DNA of 64,000 nt from an uncultured bacterium (GCA_965371515.1 CBDUYR010000006.1:1-64000), one strand, 5' to 3'; positions 45,529 through 58,561 are shown, counted from the stretch's first letter. Translations and numbers: made by a program. Notes: generated from the letters alone by a model not told the origin.

Positions 45529-47322
45529 TTATCTCTTTCTCTTCTCTTTCTTCTCAGGCACGCCGTACGGTGTCCCGACACCTACAGGAACAGTCACAGC
45601 CCCTCCCTCGTCCAGGGGCTCGGGCACGATACTGCCGAGCCTGAACGAGTAGAGTCTCATATCCTCCGAGACGAGCGTCACGATATCGCCCGACCTGCCC
45701 GAATACGAGGCGAGGACGGGTATCCAGCCCGCTTCGTACGTGCTGTACTCACCCTCCTCCCTGGCAATCCTCATTATTGTGCCCCCGGTCATCTGCACGA
45801 TGACACTTTCGCTGGACATATCGATGATGTCGAGGCGCCCCGGGAAGGGCTGCCGGGCGATCTCCTCGAGGCTTTCCGGATCGTAGAGCACCAGGGTATC
45901 GCCGTGAGTGCCTCTTCCCTTATGTGTAACGACCACGCCTTCGCTCGCGATGCCGGCGTCGCTCTTGTCGGACGACAGTATCTCGATCTGCCTCAGCCGC
46001 TGCGGCTTGTGCCCTGGCCGGATCTCGTACTCCATGGCCGTCTTCTTGCCGAAAGTGAGAAGTCTGCCGCCAGTCATGATTATATCGGAGACCGAATTCC
46101 CCATGCTGACGTAGCGCTTCGTCTTCAGGCCGTCGTATTCGTAGGTATGGCAGAAACCGTTGGTGGTGGTCACGTATATGGCGTCTTCGGCGGCGATCAC
46201 GCGCATGATCTTCTTGTCCAGCAGCTCCTCGCCGGTGAGGACAGGCTTTCCGTCTACCCATTCGACGAGATAGAGCCTTGATTTCTTCTTGAAGTTCGCG
46301 GCGCATACCGCCCTTCTCCCCCATCTCGAAGCGTCGACCAGGTCGGCTTTTTTGCCGGTGAGCTCAGCGACCATGGTGAACCCGTCTGTCGATCTGTTTT
46401 CGAACACGTCCTCTGAGTTGCCCAGCACCAGGTCGAGTTTCGTGTCGCGCCCCTCGTTCGCGATGAGCGCGAAGAACTCTCCCGAAGAGGGACCGCCGGC
46501 CGTTTCCGCCGGACTCCCGTCCTCACCGCGAAGGAACTTCAGCCCGCGCACGGTCAGCATCGAATCCACCGGAATCTCGCAGTCGCCGTATGAGGAAGAC
46601 CTGACGGTCGGGTTGACTCTGATCCTGAGTTCCTCTCCGCTCTTCACCTTGAGCGAAGGTTCTATCTTGCCCCGCCTGTCGACGTCGGGATCGCCGGCGT
46701 CCCTGTAATACGGATTGTCCTCCGGCATAAGAGCGAAGTATATGAACCCCGACGCCACCTCCCCCGGCTCAATTGTAACCGGATCGAAGTTCCCCCCGCG
46801 GCCGGCGGGAAAGAACGAGTTCCGCAGCAGGGGCTTGTACTCCCTCGAGTACTGTACACCCGTTATGATGTAGTAGATGCCGAGCGGCCATATGATAATG
46901 CCCCCTACGACATGCTTCGCGCCGATCTCCTTGTAGTTGGGGATATCGGCCTTCCCCTTGATATACATCACCGCTTCGATGGGATGGATCGGATCGAGAC
47001 TGTTGTCACCCAGCTCGAGAGTGAAACCCCTGAACGTCTCGCTGAGCGGAAGATAGTTGAGGTTGTGGATCTGGACCGGTTCTGTATCTACATTCTTCAC
47101 CGTGATGTATACCGGAACGACTCCGCTGTCCGGGGGATAGCAATTCAAGAGCGACTTGAATACCAACGGGTCGTCGATCAGGGTTGCGGCAGCCTCGACG
47201 CCGGTGCCGGAGACAAGATGCTCGTCACCGATGTCGGTGAGAACCACCTTCTTGCTGCATGATAGTGAGAAAACGGCCAGAGCGGCCGCGAGGAACAGAG
47301 CGCCAGATCTAGCTGATATCAT
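45529..47322 (-). CDS. Hypothetical lipoprotein, probable beta-rich C-terminus
   Basis: Lipobox SLSC; long ORF in operon. Confidence 0.75.
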   Translation of the reverse strand: MISARSGALFLAAALAVFSLSCSKKVVLTDIGDEHLVSGTGVEAAATLIDDPLVFKSLLNCYPPDSGVVPVYITVKNVDTEPVQIHNLNYLPLSETFRGFTLELGDNSLDPIHPIEAVMYIKGKADIPNYKEIGAKHVVGGIIIWPLGIYYIITGVQYSREYKPLLRNSFFPAGRGGNFDPVTIEPGEVASGFIYFALMPEDNPYYRDAGDPDVDRRGKIEPSLKVKSGEELRIRVNPTVRSSSYGDCEIPVDSMLTVRGLKFLRGEDGSPAETAGGPSSGEFFALIANEGRDTKLDLVLGNSEDVFENRSTDGFTMVAELTGKKADLVDASRWGRRAVCAANFKKKSRLYLVEWVDGKPVLTGEELLDKKIMRVIAAEDAIYVTTTNGFCHTYEYDGLKTKRYVSMGNSVSDIIMTGGRLLTFGKKTAMEYEIRPGHKPQRLRQIEILSSDKSDAGIASEGVVVTHKGRGTHGDTLVLYDPESLEEIARQPFPGRLDIIDMSSESVIVQMTGGTIMRIAREEGEYSTYEAGWIPVLASYSGRSGDIVTLVSEDMRLYSFRLGSIVPEPLDEGGAVTVPVGVGTPYGVPEKKEKRKR

Positions 47323-47971
47323 CTTTGAGTCCCTCCAGGGGCACCGTCCTGCCAAGCGGGGTTACGCTACAATACTTCTCCATCGTCTGCAAGAAACACT
47401 TATTCTCGCAGAAACCCCCGGAGAGGTAAAGATTTTCCGGCCTGCCGCTGAAATCGAAGACGTTCCGGACCATGCCGTGGAGGAACATCGCCACCGCCTC
47501 CTCCGGCGGGGTGCCGGTGGAAACATGCTCGAGGACCTTTTCCATTCCGAAGACGCCGCATGTGACGTTGATCCACTTCCCCATCGCGGGAAGCCCGTCG
47601 AAATCGACCTCGTAATAGCTGCCGAGCAGTTCTATGGTCGCGCCTGTCGAAGAGCCGCAGGCGAGGTTCCAGTCAAGTTTCTTGATCTTGCGGCCGGCGA
47701 AGCGGACGAACTTCACGTCCCTGCCGCCGACATCGACGATCGAGAAATCATCCTCCTCCACGAGGGCGAGGCTGCCCTCGGAAAGAGCGATAAGCTCGTT
47801 TTTGTAAACATCGCAGCGTTTCTTGCCGCTGTGACCCGTGGCGACCTCGAAGAAGAGGTCGTCGCGGCGCACCAGTTCCCTCGTTGAGATGATCTCCAGC
47901 TCGCCCGAGCCGGTCTCGAGTATCTTGGTCCACGAGCTGCCGCAGTCGGCAATCAGCACCGGATCCTCCAT
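47309..47971 (-). CDS. Short BadF/BadG/BcrA/BcrD (CoA-dehydratase activase-like) ATPase
   Basis: ADCGSSWTK, ATGH, DVGGRD, CGSSTG, TCGVF, LSGG. Confidence 0.85.
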   Translation of the reverse strand: MEDPVLIADCGSSWTKILETGSGELEIISTRELVRRDDLFFEVATGHSGKKRCDVYKNELIALSEGSLALVEEDDFSIVDVGGRDVKFVRFAGRKIKKLDWNLACGSSTGATIELLGSYYEVDFDGLPAMGKWINVTCGVFGMEKVLEHVSTGTPPEEAVAMFLHGMVRNVFDFSGRPENLYLSGGFCENKCFLQTMEKYCSVTPLGRTVPLEGLKDDIS

Positions 47972-47992
47972 CGGACGCCGTAAAGCGTCACT

Positions 47993-48736
47993 CTATGACA
48001 ACTTTATAAAGGCCTCGACCTTCGCGAGGATCGAATCGTTGATCTCACGGTGACAGTCAACAGCGATGCCCCCGTACCTCTCGGCGAGGTTGTGCGCGAG
48101 GTCCTGCTTCGCGCAGAAACTCTGGTGAAAGAATACCGTCGGAACGCCATCGTCGACCATGCACTCGAGTTCGAGGTCGGCAGGCCTCCCCGCCTCGACA
48201 CACCTTATCCAGCCGTATATATGGGTCGTATCGGGAAAGAGCTCGAGGAGCCTGAAATCGTTCGGCGGCACCCCCCAGAAACCGTGCGTCGGCTCGCACC
48301 TTTCGGGAGGATCTTCGGGCGGTGACGGATCGACGACCGTCTTCATGATCCTGTCGACGCGGCCGGGGAGCGGGCCGTGGCCGGTCGACCATACGAGCGG
48401 CCTATCCTCGAACTCCTCCTCGGGGAACCTCGATTCGATGACCTCGAACCCCATCCCCTCGAGGATCCAAGCGGCGTGCCTGCCCCGGTCGCACTTGTCC
48501 TCGCCTACTGCGGCAACCACGGCGGCCAGCCTGTCGCCGAGCTCTGCCGCATTGTCGACGATGTTCGCTATGATCCGGCATGTCGCCCTCGGCAGGAGCC
48601 CCGAATCGGACGCGCCGGAGTGAACGTCGAGGTCTATCAGCGGCAGGTCTGCGCCGTAGCGTTTCCTCACCTCGCGCAGAAGGGATCTTCGCGGAAAGCC
48701 GAAATACCCGATTAGTTTTTCCTGATTGTTTTTCAT
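47993..48736 (-). CDS. Cys-containing hypothetical protein, possibly related to 2-hydroxyacyl-CoA dehydratase subunits
   Basis: TCRII, KCDRG, RCVE, FCAK, C-terminal KVEAFIKL; adjacent to the activase. Confidence 0.6.
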   Translation of the reverse strand: MKNNQEKLIGYFGFPRRSLLREVRKRYGADLPLIDLDVHSGASDSGLLPRATCRIIANIVDNAAELGDRLAAVVAAVGEDKCDRGRHAAWILEGMGFEVIESRFPEEEFEDRPLVWSTGHGPLPGRVDRIMKTVVDPSPPEDPPERCEPTHGFWGVPPNDFRLLELFPDTTHIYGWIRCVEAGRPADLELECMVDDGVPTVFFHQSFCAKQDLAHNLAERYGGIAVDCHREINDSILAKVEAFIKLS

Positions 48737-48817
48737 GGACGTACCAGATCGAGCAGGGGGCGCCGATGTCCGGGAGGCATGGACATCAGGGAGGCTGCGC
48801 TCCGCAGGAGCCGGGGG

Positions 48818-49282
48818 CTATTGATCGCCGTTTTCCACCCGCTCCATCAACTCGATGACCTGCTCTGGACGCTCGGCCTTCAGGAGCTTCTCCCGGAATC
48901 CGTCGACCTTGATCATCTTGACTATCTTGGCGATTGCCTGGACGTGGGGTCCCGACTCATTCGTCGGCGCGATCATCAGGAAGAAAAGATGCGAGGGCTG
49001 TCCGTCCTGGGCCTCGAAATCGACGCCTTCCTTCGATATGCCGATCACGATGCGGAGCTTGTCGACCGCGTCGCACTTCGCGTGAGGTATCGCGATGCCC
49101 TTTTCCAGGCCGGTGCTTCCGTCGCGTTCCCGGTTCATGACCGCCTCGAGTATCGTGTCGGCGTCGCAGCTGCCGCAGTACTCCGACATGTACTCGACGA
49201 GCTCCTCGATGACCTCCTGCTTGTTGGCTCCCTCGAGGTCGAGTTTGACATGCTCGGGTCCGATATAATCAGTAAGCCTCAT
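48818..49282 (-). CDS. PTS EIIA (Ntr/fructose-type) domain protein
   Basis: RERDGSTGLEKGIAIPHA, GVDFEA.DG. Confidence 0.92.
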   Translation of the reverse strand: MRLTDYIGPEHVKLDLEGANKQEVIEELVEYMSEYCGSCDADTILEAVMNRERDGSTGLEKGIAIPHAKCDAVDKLRIVIGISKEGVDFEAQDGQPSHLFFLMIAPTNESGPHVQAIAKIVKMIKVDGFREKLLKAERPEQVIELMERVENGDQ

Positions 49283-49331
49283 CTCAATACGCCTCCCGTG
49301 ATGCATCCTCCGGACACCCCGGCGATGGGGT

Positions 49332-49360
49332 AACATAACCAACCCCGGTCCGGATGGCAA
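49332..49360 (-). promoter_or_regulatory. sigma70-like promoter for the EIIA gene
   Basis: TTGCCA-N17-TATGTT on the minus strand. Confidence 0.55.
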
Positions 49361-49385
49361 GACCCGCCGCGCGACGGGGCCGCGG

Positions 49386-49871
49386 CTACAGGTCGTCGAA
49401 CATCTTTTCTATCCGGTCCGCGCCCCGTACGACCATCACGGGGCATTTGACCTTCCTCAGTATCCTCTCGCCCTCCTCGTAGAACGAATCCCTCAGGCTC
49501 AGCACCTCGCCCAGTTCCCCCTGGACGAGAAGGTCGGCGGCACAGTCTTCCGCCTCGCGGGCGACCTCCTCGTGCACGACTCCCTTCCTCAGGATCGTCT
49601 CGATCTGTAAGCCCTTCCTGTCGGCGAGCTTGACGATATAGTTGAGGTATCTCTTGCCGTCCTCCTCGAGGTCCCTTTCGTAGTCCATCTTCTCCATCTG
49701 TACAAAGATCTTCGCCTTGAGCAGCTCGGTCAGGAGGTTCTCGTTGACCACGTATATCACCCTCAGCGAGCAGCCATATGCCTTCGCCATCGCTATACCC
49801 AGCTGCGCGGCGGTAATACAGGATTCGCTTCCATCGACATAGAGAAGTATGGTTTTGAGCGGATTACTCAT
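49386..49871 (-). CDS. Universal stress protein
   Basis: ILLYVDGS, ADLLVQG, VKCPVMVVR; ATGA overlap with subunit D. Confidence 0.9.
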   Translation of the reverse strand: MSNPLKTILLYVDGSESCITAAQLGIAMAKAYGCSLRVIYVVNENLLTELLKAKIFVQMEKMDYERDLEEDGKRYLNYIVKLADRKGLQIETILRKGVVHEEVAREAEDCAADLLVQGELGEVLSLRDSFYEEGERILRKVKCPVMVVRGADRIEKMFDDL

Positions 49872-50506
49872 GGGGCTACTCCTTTTTTCCGCAAGAGGCG
49901 GTCCTTGACGAGCTTCAGGACAAAGAACGCCTCCCTCTCGGATTCCTCGAGCGCCATCTCGATATATTTCAGTGTCTCGTCATAGTCCGGTATGAATATC
50001 TTCTCGAGGGCGTTCACCCTCCTTATCGTCTTTCCCACCTCTCGCGAGAGGCGCATAAGCGATATCCTTGCTTCGGCGAGCGTTCCGAGGAGCCGCAGGA
50101 CCTCGCGGAACTTCTTGATCGCCTCGTCTATCCAGATGCTGCTCTCCGCGGCGGCGAAGTAGGGCGAGCGGTCGTCGAACCGCACCTTGACGCGCGGCAG
50201 CGAGACTCCCATCACCCTCTTCTCGGAGAACGATATGTCCGATTCGATGTTCATCCCCAGGGCGATCATATTGATCTCCCTGCGCCCCATCCTGAGGATT
50301 GCCTGGTCGAGGGCCTCGAACGCCTCGCCGAGCTTCGCCTCGACCTCTTCCTGCGCCTCGACGGCCCTGTCGATAAGGCCCATCAACTCGACGATAAGGA
50401 TCTTGCGCTTCTGGTCGAGCAGCTCCCATCCCTCGCGGGCGAAGCCGAGGTCTTGCTTGACCTTCATAAGATTCGTCTTGGTCGGAGCCATCTCGTAGCG
50501 AGCCAT
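49868..50506 (-). CDS. atpD: A/V-type ATP synthase subunit D
   Basis: PTKTNL, LLDQKR, RRVNALE, LEESERE. Confidence 0.95.
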   Translation of the reverse strand: MARYEMAPTKTNLMKVKQDLGFAREGWELLDQKRKILIVELMGLIDRAVEAQEEVEAKLGEAFEALDQAILRMGRREINMIALGMNIESDISFSEKRVMGVSLPRVKVRFDDRSPYFAAAESSIWIDEAIKKFREVLRLLGTLAEARISLMRLSREVGKTIRRVNALEKIFIPDYDETLKYIEMALEESEREAFFVLKLVKDRLLRKKGVAP

Positions 50507-50510
50507 GCCG

Positions 50511-51905
50511 TTATTCCTTGCCGTAGTACTTGGCGATCTCTTCCTCGCTGATGCGGTAGAGTTCTTCCTTCGGCAGCGTGGAGATCACATTCCATCCAAT
50601 ATCGAGAGTCTCAGTGATAGCACGGTCCTCATACTCGCCCTGGCTGAGGAACTCGCGCTCGAACCTCTCGCCGAACTCGAGGTAGATCTTGTCCAGGGGA
50701 GTGAGCTCCTCCTCGCCGATCACGGCGGCAAGTGCCCGCACGTCCTTGACGTGCGAGTAGGCGGCGAAGAGCTGGCTTGCCACATGCGCGTGGTCTTCCC
50801 TCGTCATCCCCTCGCCGATGCCATCCTTCATCAGGCGCGAGAGGGACGGCAGTCCCGCTATCGGCGGGTAGATGTTCCTCTGGTCGAGCTCCCTCTCGAG
50901 AACGATCTGACCTTCGGTTATGTAGCCGGAGAGATCCGGTACAGGATGCGATATATCGTCGTTGGGCATCGTCAGGATCGGCATCTGGGTAATCGAACCT
51001 TCGATTCCCTTCACCATCCCCGCGCGCTCGTAGATCATCGAGAGGTCGCTGTACAGGTAGCCGGGGTATCCCTTCCTGCTGGGAATCTCCTCGCGTATCG
51101 TAGAGATCTCGCGGAGCGACTCGCAGTAGTTCGTCATATCGGTCAGGATCACCAGCACGTGCATGTTCATGTCGAAGGCGAGGAACTCTGCGGCGGTCAG
51201 CGCCGTACGCGGCGTCACGAGCCTCTCGACCGACGGATCGTCGGCGAGGTTGAGAAAGAGAACGACCTTCTCGAGCACGCCCGATTCCTCGAAGTTCCTG
51301 ATGAAATATCTCGCCACGTCGTGCTTTATCCCCATCGCGGCGAACACTACTGCGAACTGCGTGTCCTCCCCGATCAGCTTCGCCTGTCGGGTGATCTGAG
51401 CGACGAGCCTGTTGTGAGGAAGGCCCGTTCCGGAGAATACAGGCAGCTTCTGGCCGCGCACGAGGGTGTTCATCCCATCGATCGCCGAGATGCCGGTCTG
51501 TATGAACTCTTTCGGGTACTCGCGCGCCGTCGGGTTGATCGGAAGGCCGTTGACGTCCATCCGCTTCTCGGCGAGCGGCGGCGGGCCGTCGTCTATCGGC
51601 TGGCCGAGCCCGTTGAAGACGCGCCCGAGGATCTCGGCGCCCGCCCCGAAGTGGAGCGGCTCTCCCTTGAAGCGTACTCTCGTCTCGGGTATGGAGAGCC
51701 CGGAGGTCCCCTCGAATACCTGGATGACGGCGGCCTTCTCGCTGCTCTCGAGGATCATCCCGAGCCTGACGTGCCCGTTCGAATCGACCACTTCGGCGAG
51801 CTCGTTGTAGCCGACATTGTGGATGCCCTTTATCGCGACCAGAGGGCCCGAGATACTGGCGATCCCGATGTACTCCCTGCCCTCTTTCAGATTTCTTTCT
51901 GCCAT
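50511..51905 (-). CDS. atpB: A/V-type ATP synthase subunit B
   Basis: [38 protein letters not shown]. Confidence 0.97.
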   Translation of the reverse strand: MAERNLKEGREYIGIASISGPLVAIKGIHNVGYNELAEVVDSNGHVRLGMILESSEKAAVIQVFEGTSGLSIPETRVRFKGEPLHFGAGAEILGRVFNGLGQPIDDGPPPLAEKRMDVNGLPINPTAREYPKEFIQTGISAIDGMNTLVRGQKLPVFSGTGLPHNRLVAQITRQAKLIGEDTQFAVVFAAMGIKHDVARYFIRNFEESGVLEKVVLFLNLADDPSVERLVTPRTALTAAEFLAFDMNMHVLVILTDMTNYCESLREISTIREEIPSRKGYPGYLYSDLSMIYERAGMVKGIEGSITQMPILTMPNDDISHPVPDLSGYITEGQIVLERELDQRNIYPPIAGLPSLSRLMKDGIGEGMTREDHAHVASQLFAAYSHVKDVRALAAVIGEEELTPLDKIYLEFGERFEREFLSQGEYEDRAITETLDIGWNVISTLPKEELYRISEEEIAKYYGKE

Positions 51906-51920
51906 TCAGATCACCATTCT

Positions 51921-53682
<1,762 letters not shown>

Positions 53683-53690
<8 letters not shown>

Positions 53691-54342
53691 TTCCCGTCTC
53701 CCCGTCGTCTTCCGGGTAGAAGACCTCGTCAAATATCGCCATCCTTATATCGTCGCGGTACCTGAACATCCGCGCCTCGAACGTATTGTCGTATATCACA
53801 TTGCCGCCAGGGTGGCCGGCCCGGGCCCCTCCGGCCGAAGACTTTTCGAGCGGCCGCGCCTGCAGTGAGCTCACCGGCGCCGACTCAGCCGCCATCGTCT
53901 CCTTGACGCGGGGGAATATCTTCTCCTCGAGCAGCTTGAGGTCCTTTTTGTCGACGTAGATAACGAAAGATTTTCCCTCGAGCCCGCGCACCGCTTCGAC
54001 GACCAGGCCGGTGAGGATGTCCGCGTACCCGGCCGACGATCTTATCCCGGAGAGCTCCTCCTCGACCTTCTTCGTTATCACGCCGACGACTTCCTCTCGC
54101 GCCTTGAGCTTCGTTCGCCTGACCTCGATGTTGACACTCGACAGGAGGCGCCTGTTTTCTGTCTCGCCCTTTTCCTTCGCGTCGCGCATGATCATCTCTG
54201 TCGCCTCGTCGCGTTTCGCCTCAGCCTTACCGAGGATGTCGGCGGCGGTGCTTCGCGCCTTATCGAGGATCGAGGCGATCTCCCTGTCGCCGTCTTCCCT
54301 TATCTGTCCGCAGATCTTTTCTACCGATTCCTTGTCGACCAC
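53683..54342 (-). CDS. atpE: A/V-type ATP synthase subunit E
   Basis: Coiled-coil N-terminus, GG...YDNTFEAR; operon position. Confidence 0.88.
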
Positions 54343-54378
54343 TTTAACCGCTCCCTGCCGCGCGCGGGGCGCGCTGCG

Positions 54379-54684
54379 CTATATCTTTATCCCCACCGCG
54401 GTGTTTACCATCTCCCTGATCGAGACCCTTCCCTCCACCGGGCCCTCCCTGTCGGGGACTTCGATGATCAGAGGGAATGCGTGCCCGAAAGTGAAGTCCT
54501 CGATCTCGTCACGTATCGAGTCGGCGATCCTCTCGGTGATGATGATGATGCCGATCTCACCCGATTCAAACACCTTGGCAAGCGCCTCCCGGGCGCCATC
54601 GGGCGATTCGACGACCTCGCCCTCGAGGCCGACGAGCTTGAAGCCCGTTACCGTGTTCTCGTCCGCTATGACGTAGAACTGCAT
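54379..54684 (-). CDS. atpF: A/V-type ATP synthase subunit F
   Basis: IADENTVTGFKLVG, PLIIEVP, AVGI. Confidence 0.92.
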   Translation of the reverse strand: MQFYVIADENTVTGFKLVGLEGEVVESPDGAREALAKVFESGEIGIIIITERIADSIRDEIEDFTFGHAFPLIIEVPDREGPVEGRVSIREMVNTAVGIKI

Positions 54685-54725
54685 CGTTCACTCTCTCCGC
54701 GTTGTCCGATCCGCTGCCGTCCCGG

Positions 54726-55145
<420 letters not shown>

Positions 55146-57143
55146 TCACTTTTTCCGGCCCGGATCTCCCCCCAGGCCGATCGGTTTATACGCAGTCCCG
55201 CCACCCATGAAGAACTTGCCGAAGAACTCGTAGTACTCCAGTCGGATGGCCTGGATAGTTACAACCAATCCCTCGAGGGCAATGATCACCGCATTGCCCA
55301 GGATAAATATCAGCGCCGCCCAGATCACCCCGCCGCTCTTCCCCTTGACGAGATCGACCATGTTGAAAACCGCTATGAAGAGGCCGGCGTGCGCCAGCGC
55401 GAATGCTGCGACGCGGATGAACGAGACGGTGTTGCCGAGATATCCCGTGATTATCTCGATGACCTCTATCACCGATTCCATCACATAGGTAGCCACGCCT
55501 GTCTCGAACCTCATCTTCCGCCTCCCGAACATCGCCGAGAGGGGCTCCCTGAGGAAGAAAAGCAGGATGGGCAGCACGATCCCGAATGCGACCAGCTGCA
55601 GTGGTACGGGCCTGTTCCTCATGAATATGGCTACCGCGCCTATCCCGCACCAGTACAGAATGGCGCTTATCAGTCCTGCGTGATCGAAGAAGGTCGCCTT
55701 GAAGTCACGCGCCCTGATCGCGTTGATCATGTTGAGCAGTATCCCGACCGAGATCATCCCCACCCCGAAGAAGATCGCGAACTTGAAAAACCTTCCTATC
55801 TCGTGCATCGGAGAGAGCCACAGGTGCGGTATCCACGTCTCGACGCCGAAAATGCTCCCGTAGAGGAACCCGAAGACTATCGACGCGAGCCCGCAGTAGA
55901 AGCCGAGCTTGCCGACGAGGCGCACTCCTTCGCTCCGGTCGCCCCTGCGGAAACCTAGCAGCCAGCCTATCACGCAGAGCACTAACCCGTGCCCGACGTC
56001 GCCGAACATCATACCGAACATTATCAGGAACGATATCGCCACAAAAATGGTCGGATCGATGAACTTGTATTCGGGCAGGCCGTAACTCGAGACGAGCATC
56101 TCGAACGGCCTGAAGAAACCGGGGTTCTTCAGCATAACGGGGACCTTCAGGGCACCGCCCTTGACGCCTGTGATCTCCTCCGGCGGGACGATCTCCACTA
56201 TGGCCCGTCCCCTGGCAGCCCTCAGGATCTCAGTCTCGACATCGCGCTTGCGGTCGCTCGGCACCCACCCGGAGAAAATGTACGTCTTGCGCGTCTTCTT
56301 CAGGTAGCTCTTGACCTTCAGCAGCATCTCGGCGACCCGCAGCGACCTGTTGAACTCGGTCAGCACCGGTGCGTTCTCGCGCCTTACCTCGGCGAGCTTT
56401 TCCTTCAGATCGGCGATCTGATCCTTTATCTTCTCGATCCGCTCCTCGAGCTCACCGGTGACCAGGCCTGCTTCTTCCCTTGCCTCCTCACCGGCCGGCA
56501 TCTCTATATCGTCGAAGGCCGCGTCACGCAGGATGCGCTTGAGCTTGAGACGGTCCGTCTTGAGGCCGATCAGCAGAACGAGCTCCCGGCCTTCACGCTG
56601 CGTCAACTGTATGACTATGGCGGCGAGCGGAGCGATCTTCTCGCGGATCAGCTCGAGGCTCTCGCCGCTTACATGACCGTACCGGACCTCGAGGAATGTG
56701 TAGGGAGCCTTGTCGGGCGGCAGGCCTAGCTCGGTCAGCGGGGAGACCTCGTTGAGTATTCCCTGCATTCGCTCGAGGTGCACCTCGAGTTCCTTGCGGC
56801 GCAGGACAAGTCCCTCGACCTTTTTCTCAAGCTCGGTTATTTCATTTTCCATCTCGTCGAAATCAGCAATCGAGGTCTCGAGCAACTTCGTGTCGCCCTC
56901 CTCGAGGGGAAGTTCGCGGATACCGAGGTCCTTCATCAGATCGGTCACCCTGTTGTAGAGCCTGTCGATCTTCGATGAGGCCTTGCCCGCCTCGAACTCT
57001 CCGAGCTCCTCCACCCATGGCTGGGACGCATCGAGCTGGACGAGATGGAGGATACCGAGCCGAACAATCGTCTTGGCGACATCATCGACCTCGGTCTCGA
57101 AGACCATCACATTGATCTGGTGCATTCGTTCGGGCGTAAACAT
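55146..57143 (-). CDS. atpI: A/V-type ATP synthase subunit I/a
   Basis: YGLPEY..IDPT, FGMMFGDVGHG, NTVSFIRVAAF, IQAIRLEYYEFFGKF. Confidence 0.95.
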   Translation of the reverse strand: MFTPERMHQINVMVFETEVDDVAKTIVRLGILHLVQLDASQPWVEELGEFEAGKASSKIDRLYNRVTDLMKDLGIRELPLEEGDTKLLETSIADFDEMENEITELEKKVEGLVLRRKELEVHLERMQGILNEVSPLTELGLPPDKAPYTFLEVRYGHVSGESLELIREKIAPLAAIVIQLTQREGRELVLLIGLKTDRLKLKRILRDAAFDDIEMPAGEEAREEAGLVTGELEERIEKIKDQIADLKEKLAEVRRENAPVLTEFNRSLRVAEMLLKVKSYLKKTRKTYIFSGWVPSDRKRDVETEILRAARGRAIVEIVPPEEITGVKGGALKVPVMLKNPGFFRPFEMLVSSYGLPEYKFIDPTIFVAISFLIMFGMMFGDVGHGLVLCVIGWLLGFRRGDRSEGVRLVGKLGFYCGLASIVFGFLYGSIFGVETWIPHLWLSPMHEIGRFFKFAIFFGVGMISVGILLNMINAIRARDFKATFFDHAGLISAILYWCGIGAVAIFMRNRPVPLQLVAFGIVLPILLFFLREPLSAMFGRRKMRFETGVATYVMESVIEVIEIITGYLGNTVSFIRVAAFALAHAGLFIAVFNMVDLVKGKSGGVIWAALIFILGNAVIIALEGLVVTIQAIRLEYYEFFGKFFMGGGTAYKPIGLGGDPGRKK

Positions 57144-57156
57144 AGTCTTCCCCGGC

Positions 57157-58218
57157 TCAGAACGAGACCCTGAGGTGGCTCTCGATGGCGGCACGGTCCA
57201 TCTTGTAGACCTTGCCGTTCAGTATCGTGATTATGTTGCGTATCTCCGTTCGCTTCAGTATGAGGTACGACAGTACAGTCCCTATTGTAAAGGGAAAACC
57301 TCCCAGCGTGCGTTTCGCCTCGGCGATAAGGTAGTTCCACAGGAAGATCTCGAGCAGGTAGAGTTTGCTCAGCTCCTCTCCTTGCACGAGTATCTCCGAG
57401 GCGTTCTTGAGCGACTTCTCGAGAGCGAGGCTGAGCACTTCATTTATCGACTCGGCCTTGAAAGACTGGCGGAGCCTGTCGGTCGTCATCCTGTACCCGC
57501 CTGGTATGTTGTATTCGAAAAGGTCGCCGGTCGGAACGTCATAGTAGAACTTCAGCCGGATCAGCCATGCGAGGTTCTTCCTGTCGATCTCGAGGCCGAT
57601 GAGCTTGCGCGCTATCTCTCTGTCCCTCTTCCCGAGAGCCGCGACCTGATCTTTCAGCCGCCTGTAGTAGTCGATCTCGAGGTTTATCTCCACAGGGAAG
57701 AGGGTCTTCTTCTCCATGTAGTCGTCCATCACGGAGTATATCGCGTCGTGATAGGGCGTCCCGGTCATGTAGGAGACCGCGTCCTCCAGGGAACCGGCCT
57801 CGGTGATCGCCTGATATGGCAGCGAGTGGGGCAGCCTCTTGCGCACCATGTATTTCATCTCTTCGAGGTCGCGGCGACCCTCCCGTATCCTCAGCGCCGT
57901 CTTGAGGTTTTCAATCTCGTACTTCTCGAGAAAATGCGAAACGAGCGCCTTCTCGGCGCCCTTCAGGTCCTTAAGAAGCTCCGAGTGCCATTCGATCTCC
58001 CGCTCGAGGAGGAGGCGCTCGCCTACGCGCGCGTCGAACGCGATCTCGGGCTGCTCGAATATGTCCTCGTAGATCGTTCCCGAGAGGGCCGAATAGAACT
58101 CGGCGAGGTCCCTCGCATCGGCCAGCCGGTCGATCTGCTCCGGACCGAGCAGCGTGCTGAGCCTCGCGCGCACCTTGGCATTGACTAGAGAATACTTGCT
58201 TAACGGCCTGAATATCAT
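57157..58218 (-). CDS. atpC: A/V-type ATP synthase subunit C/d
   Basis: NAKVRA..S.LL, YEIENLK, LKRTEIRNI. Confidence 0.88.
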   Translation of the reverse strand: MIFRPLSKYSLVNAKVRARLSTLLGPEQIDRLADARDLAEFYSALSGTIYEDIFEQPEIAFDARVGERLLLEREIEWHSELLKDLKGAEKALVSHFLEKYEIENLKTALRIREGRRDLEEMKYMVRKRLPHSLPYQAITEAGSLEDAVSYMTGTPYHDAIYSVMDDYMEKKTLFPVEINLEIDYYRRLKDQVAALGKRDREIARKLIGLEIDRKNLAWLIRLKFYYDVPTGDLFEYNIPGGYRMTTDRLRQSFKAESINEVLSLALEKSLKNASEILVQGEELSKLYLLEIFLWNYLIAEAKRTLGGFPFTIGTVLSYLILKRTEIRNIITILNGKVYKMDRAAIESHLRVSF

Positions 58219-58243
58219 CGCGCTGTTTCCGTGAGGGAGAAAC

Positions 58244-58561
58244 TTACTGGTCCGCGCCCTTTACGATATCGAGGACCTTCGCCGCGGCTGCCTCGATCTG
58301 GACCGATTTGCTGGCGAGGAGTTCCCCGCTCCCGCCCTTGACCGCATCGACCTGCCGCTTCCGTTCGTCCTCGGCGTCTTTTCGGTATTTAGCGACGAGC
58401 TCCTGGGACTCTCTTATCGCGTCCTGGCGCCCCTTTTCGATGACGTCCCTCGACTGGGTCTCAGCCTCGCGCACGATCTTCTGAGCCTCGGCGCGGGCGT
58501 TGTCGATCGACGCGCGGACCTCCGTCTCGGTCTCCATGATCTGCTTGACTATCTCTTTCAA
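58244..58561 (-). CDS. A/V-type ATP synthase subunit G/H
   Basis: 105-aa charged coiled-coil protein, first gene of the operon, TTG start after SD GGAG. Confidence 0.75.
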   Translation of the reverse strand: MKEIVKQIMETETEVRASIDNARAEAQKIVREAETQSRDVIEKGRQDAIRESQELVAKYRKDAEDERKRQVDAVKGGSGELLASKSVQIEAAAAKVLDIVKGADQ

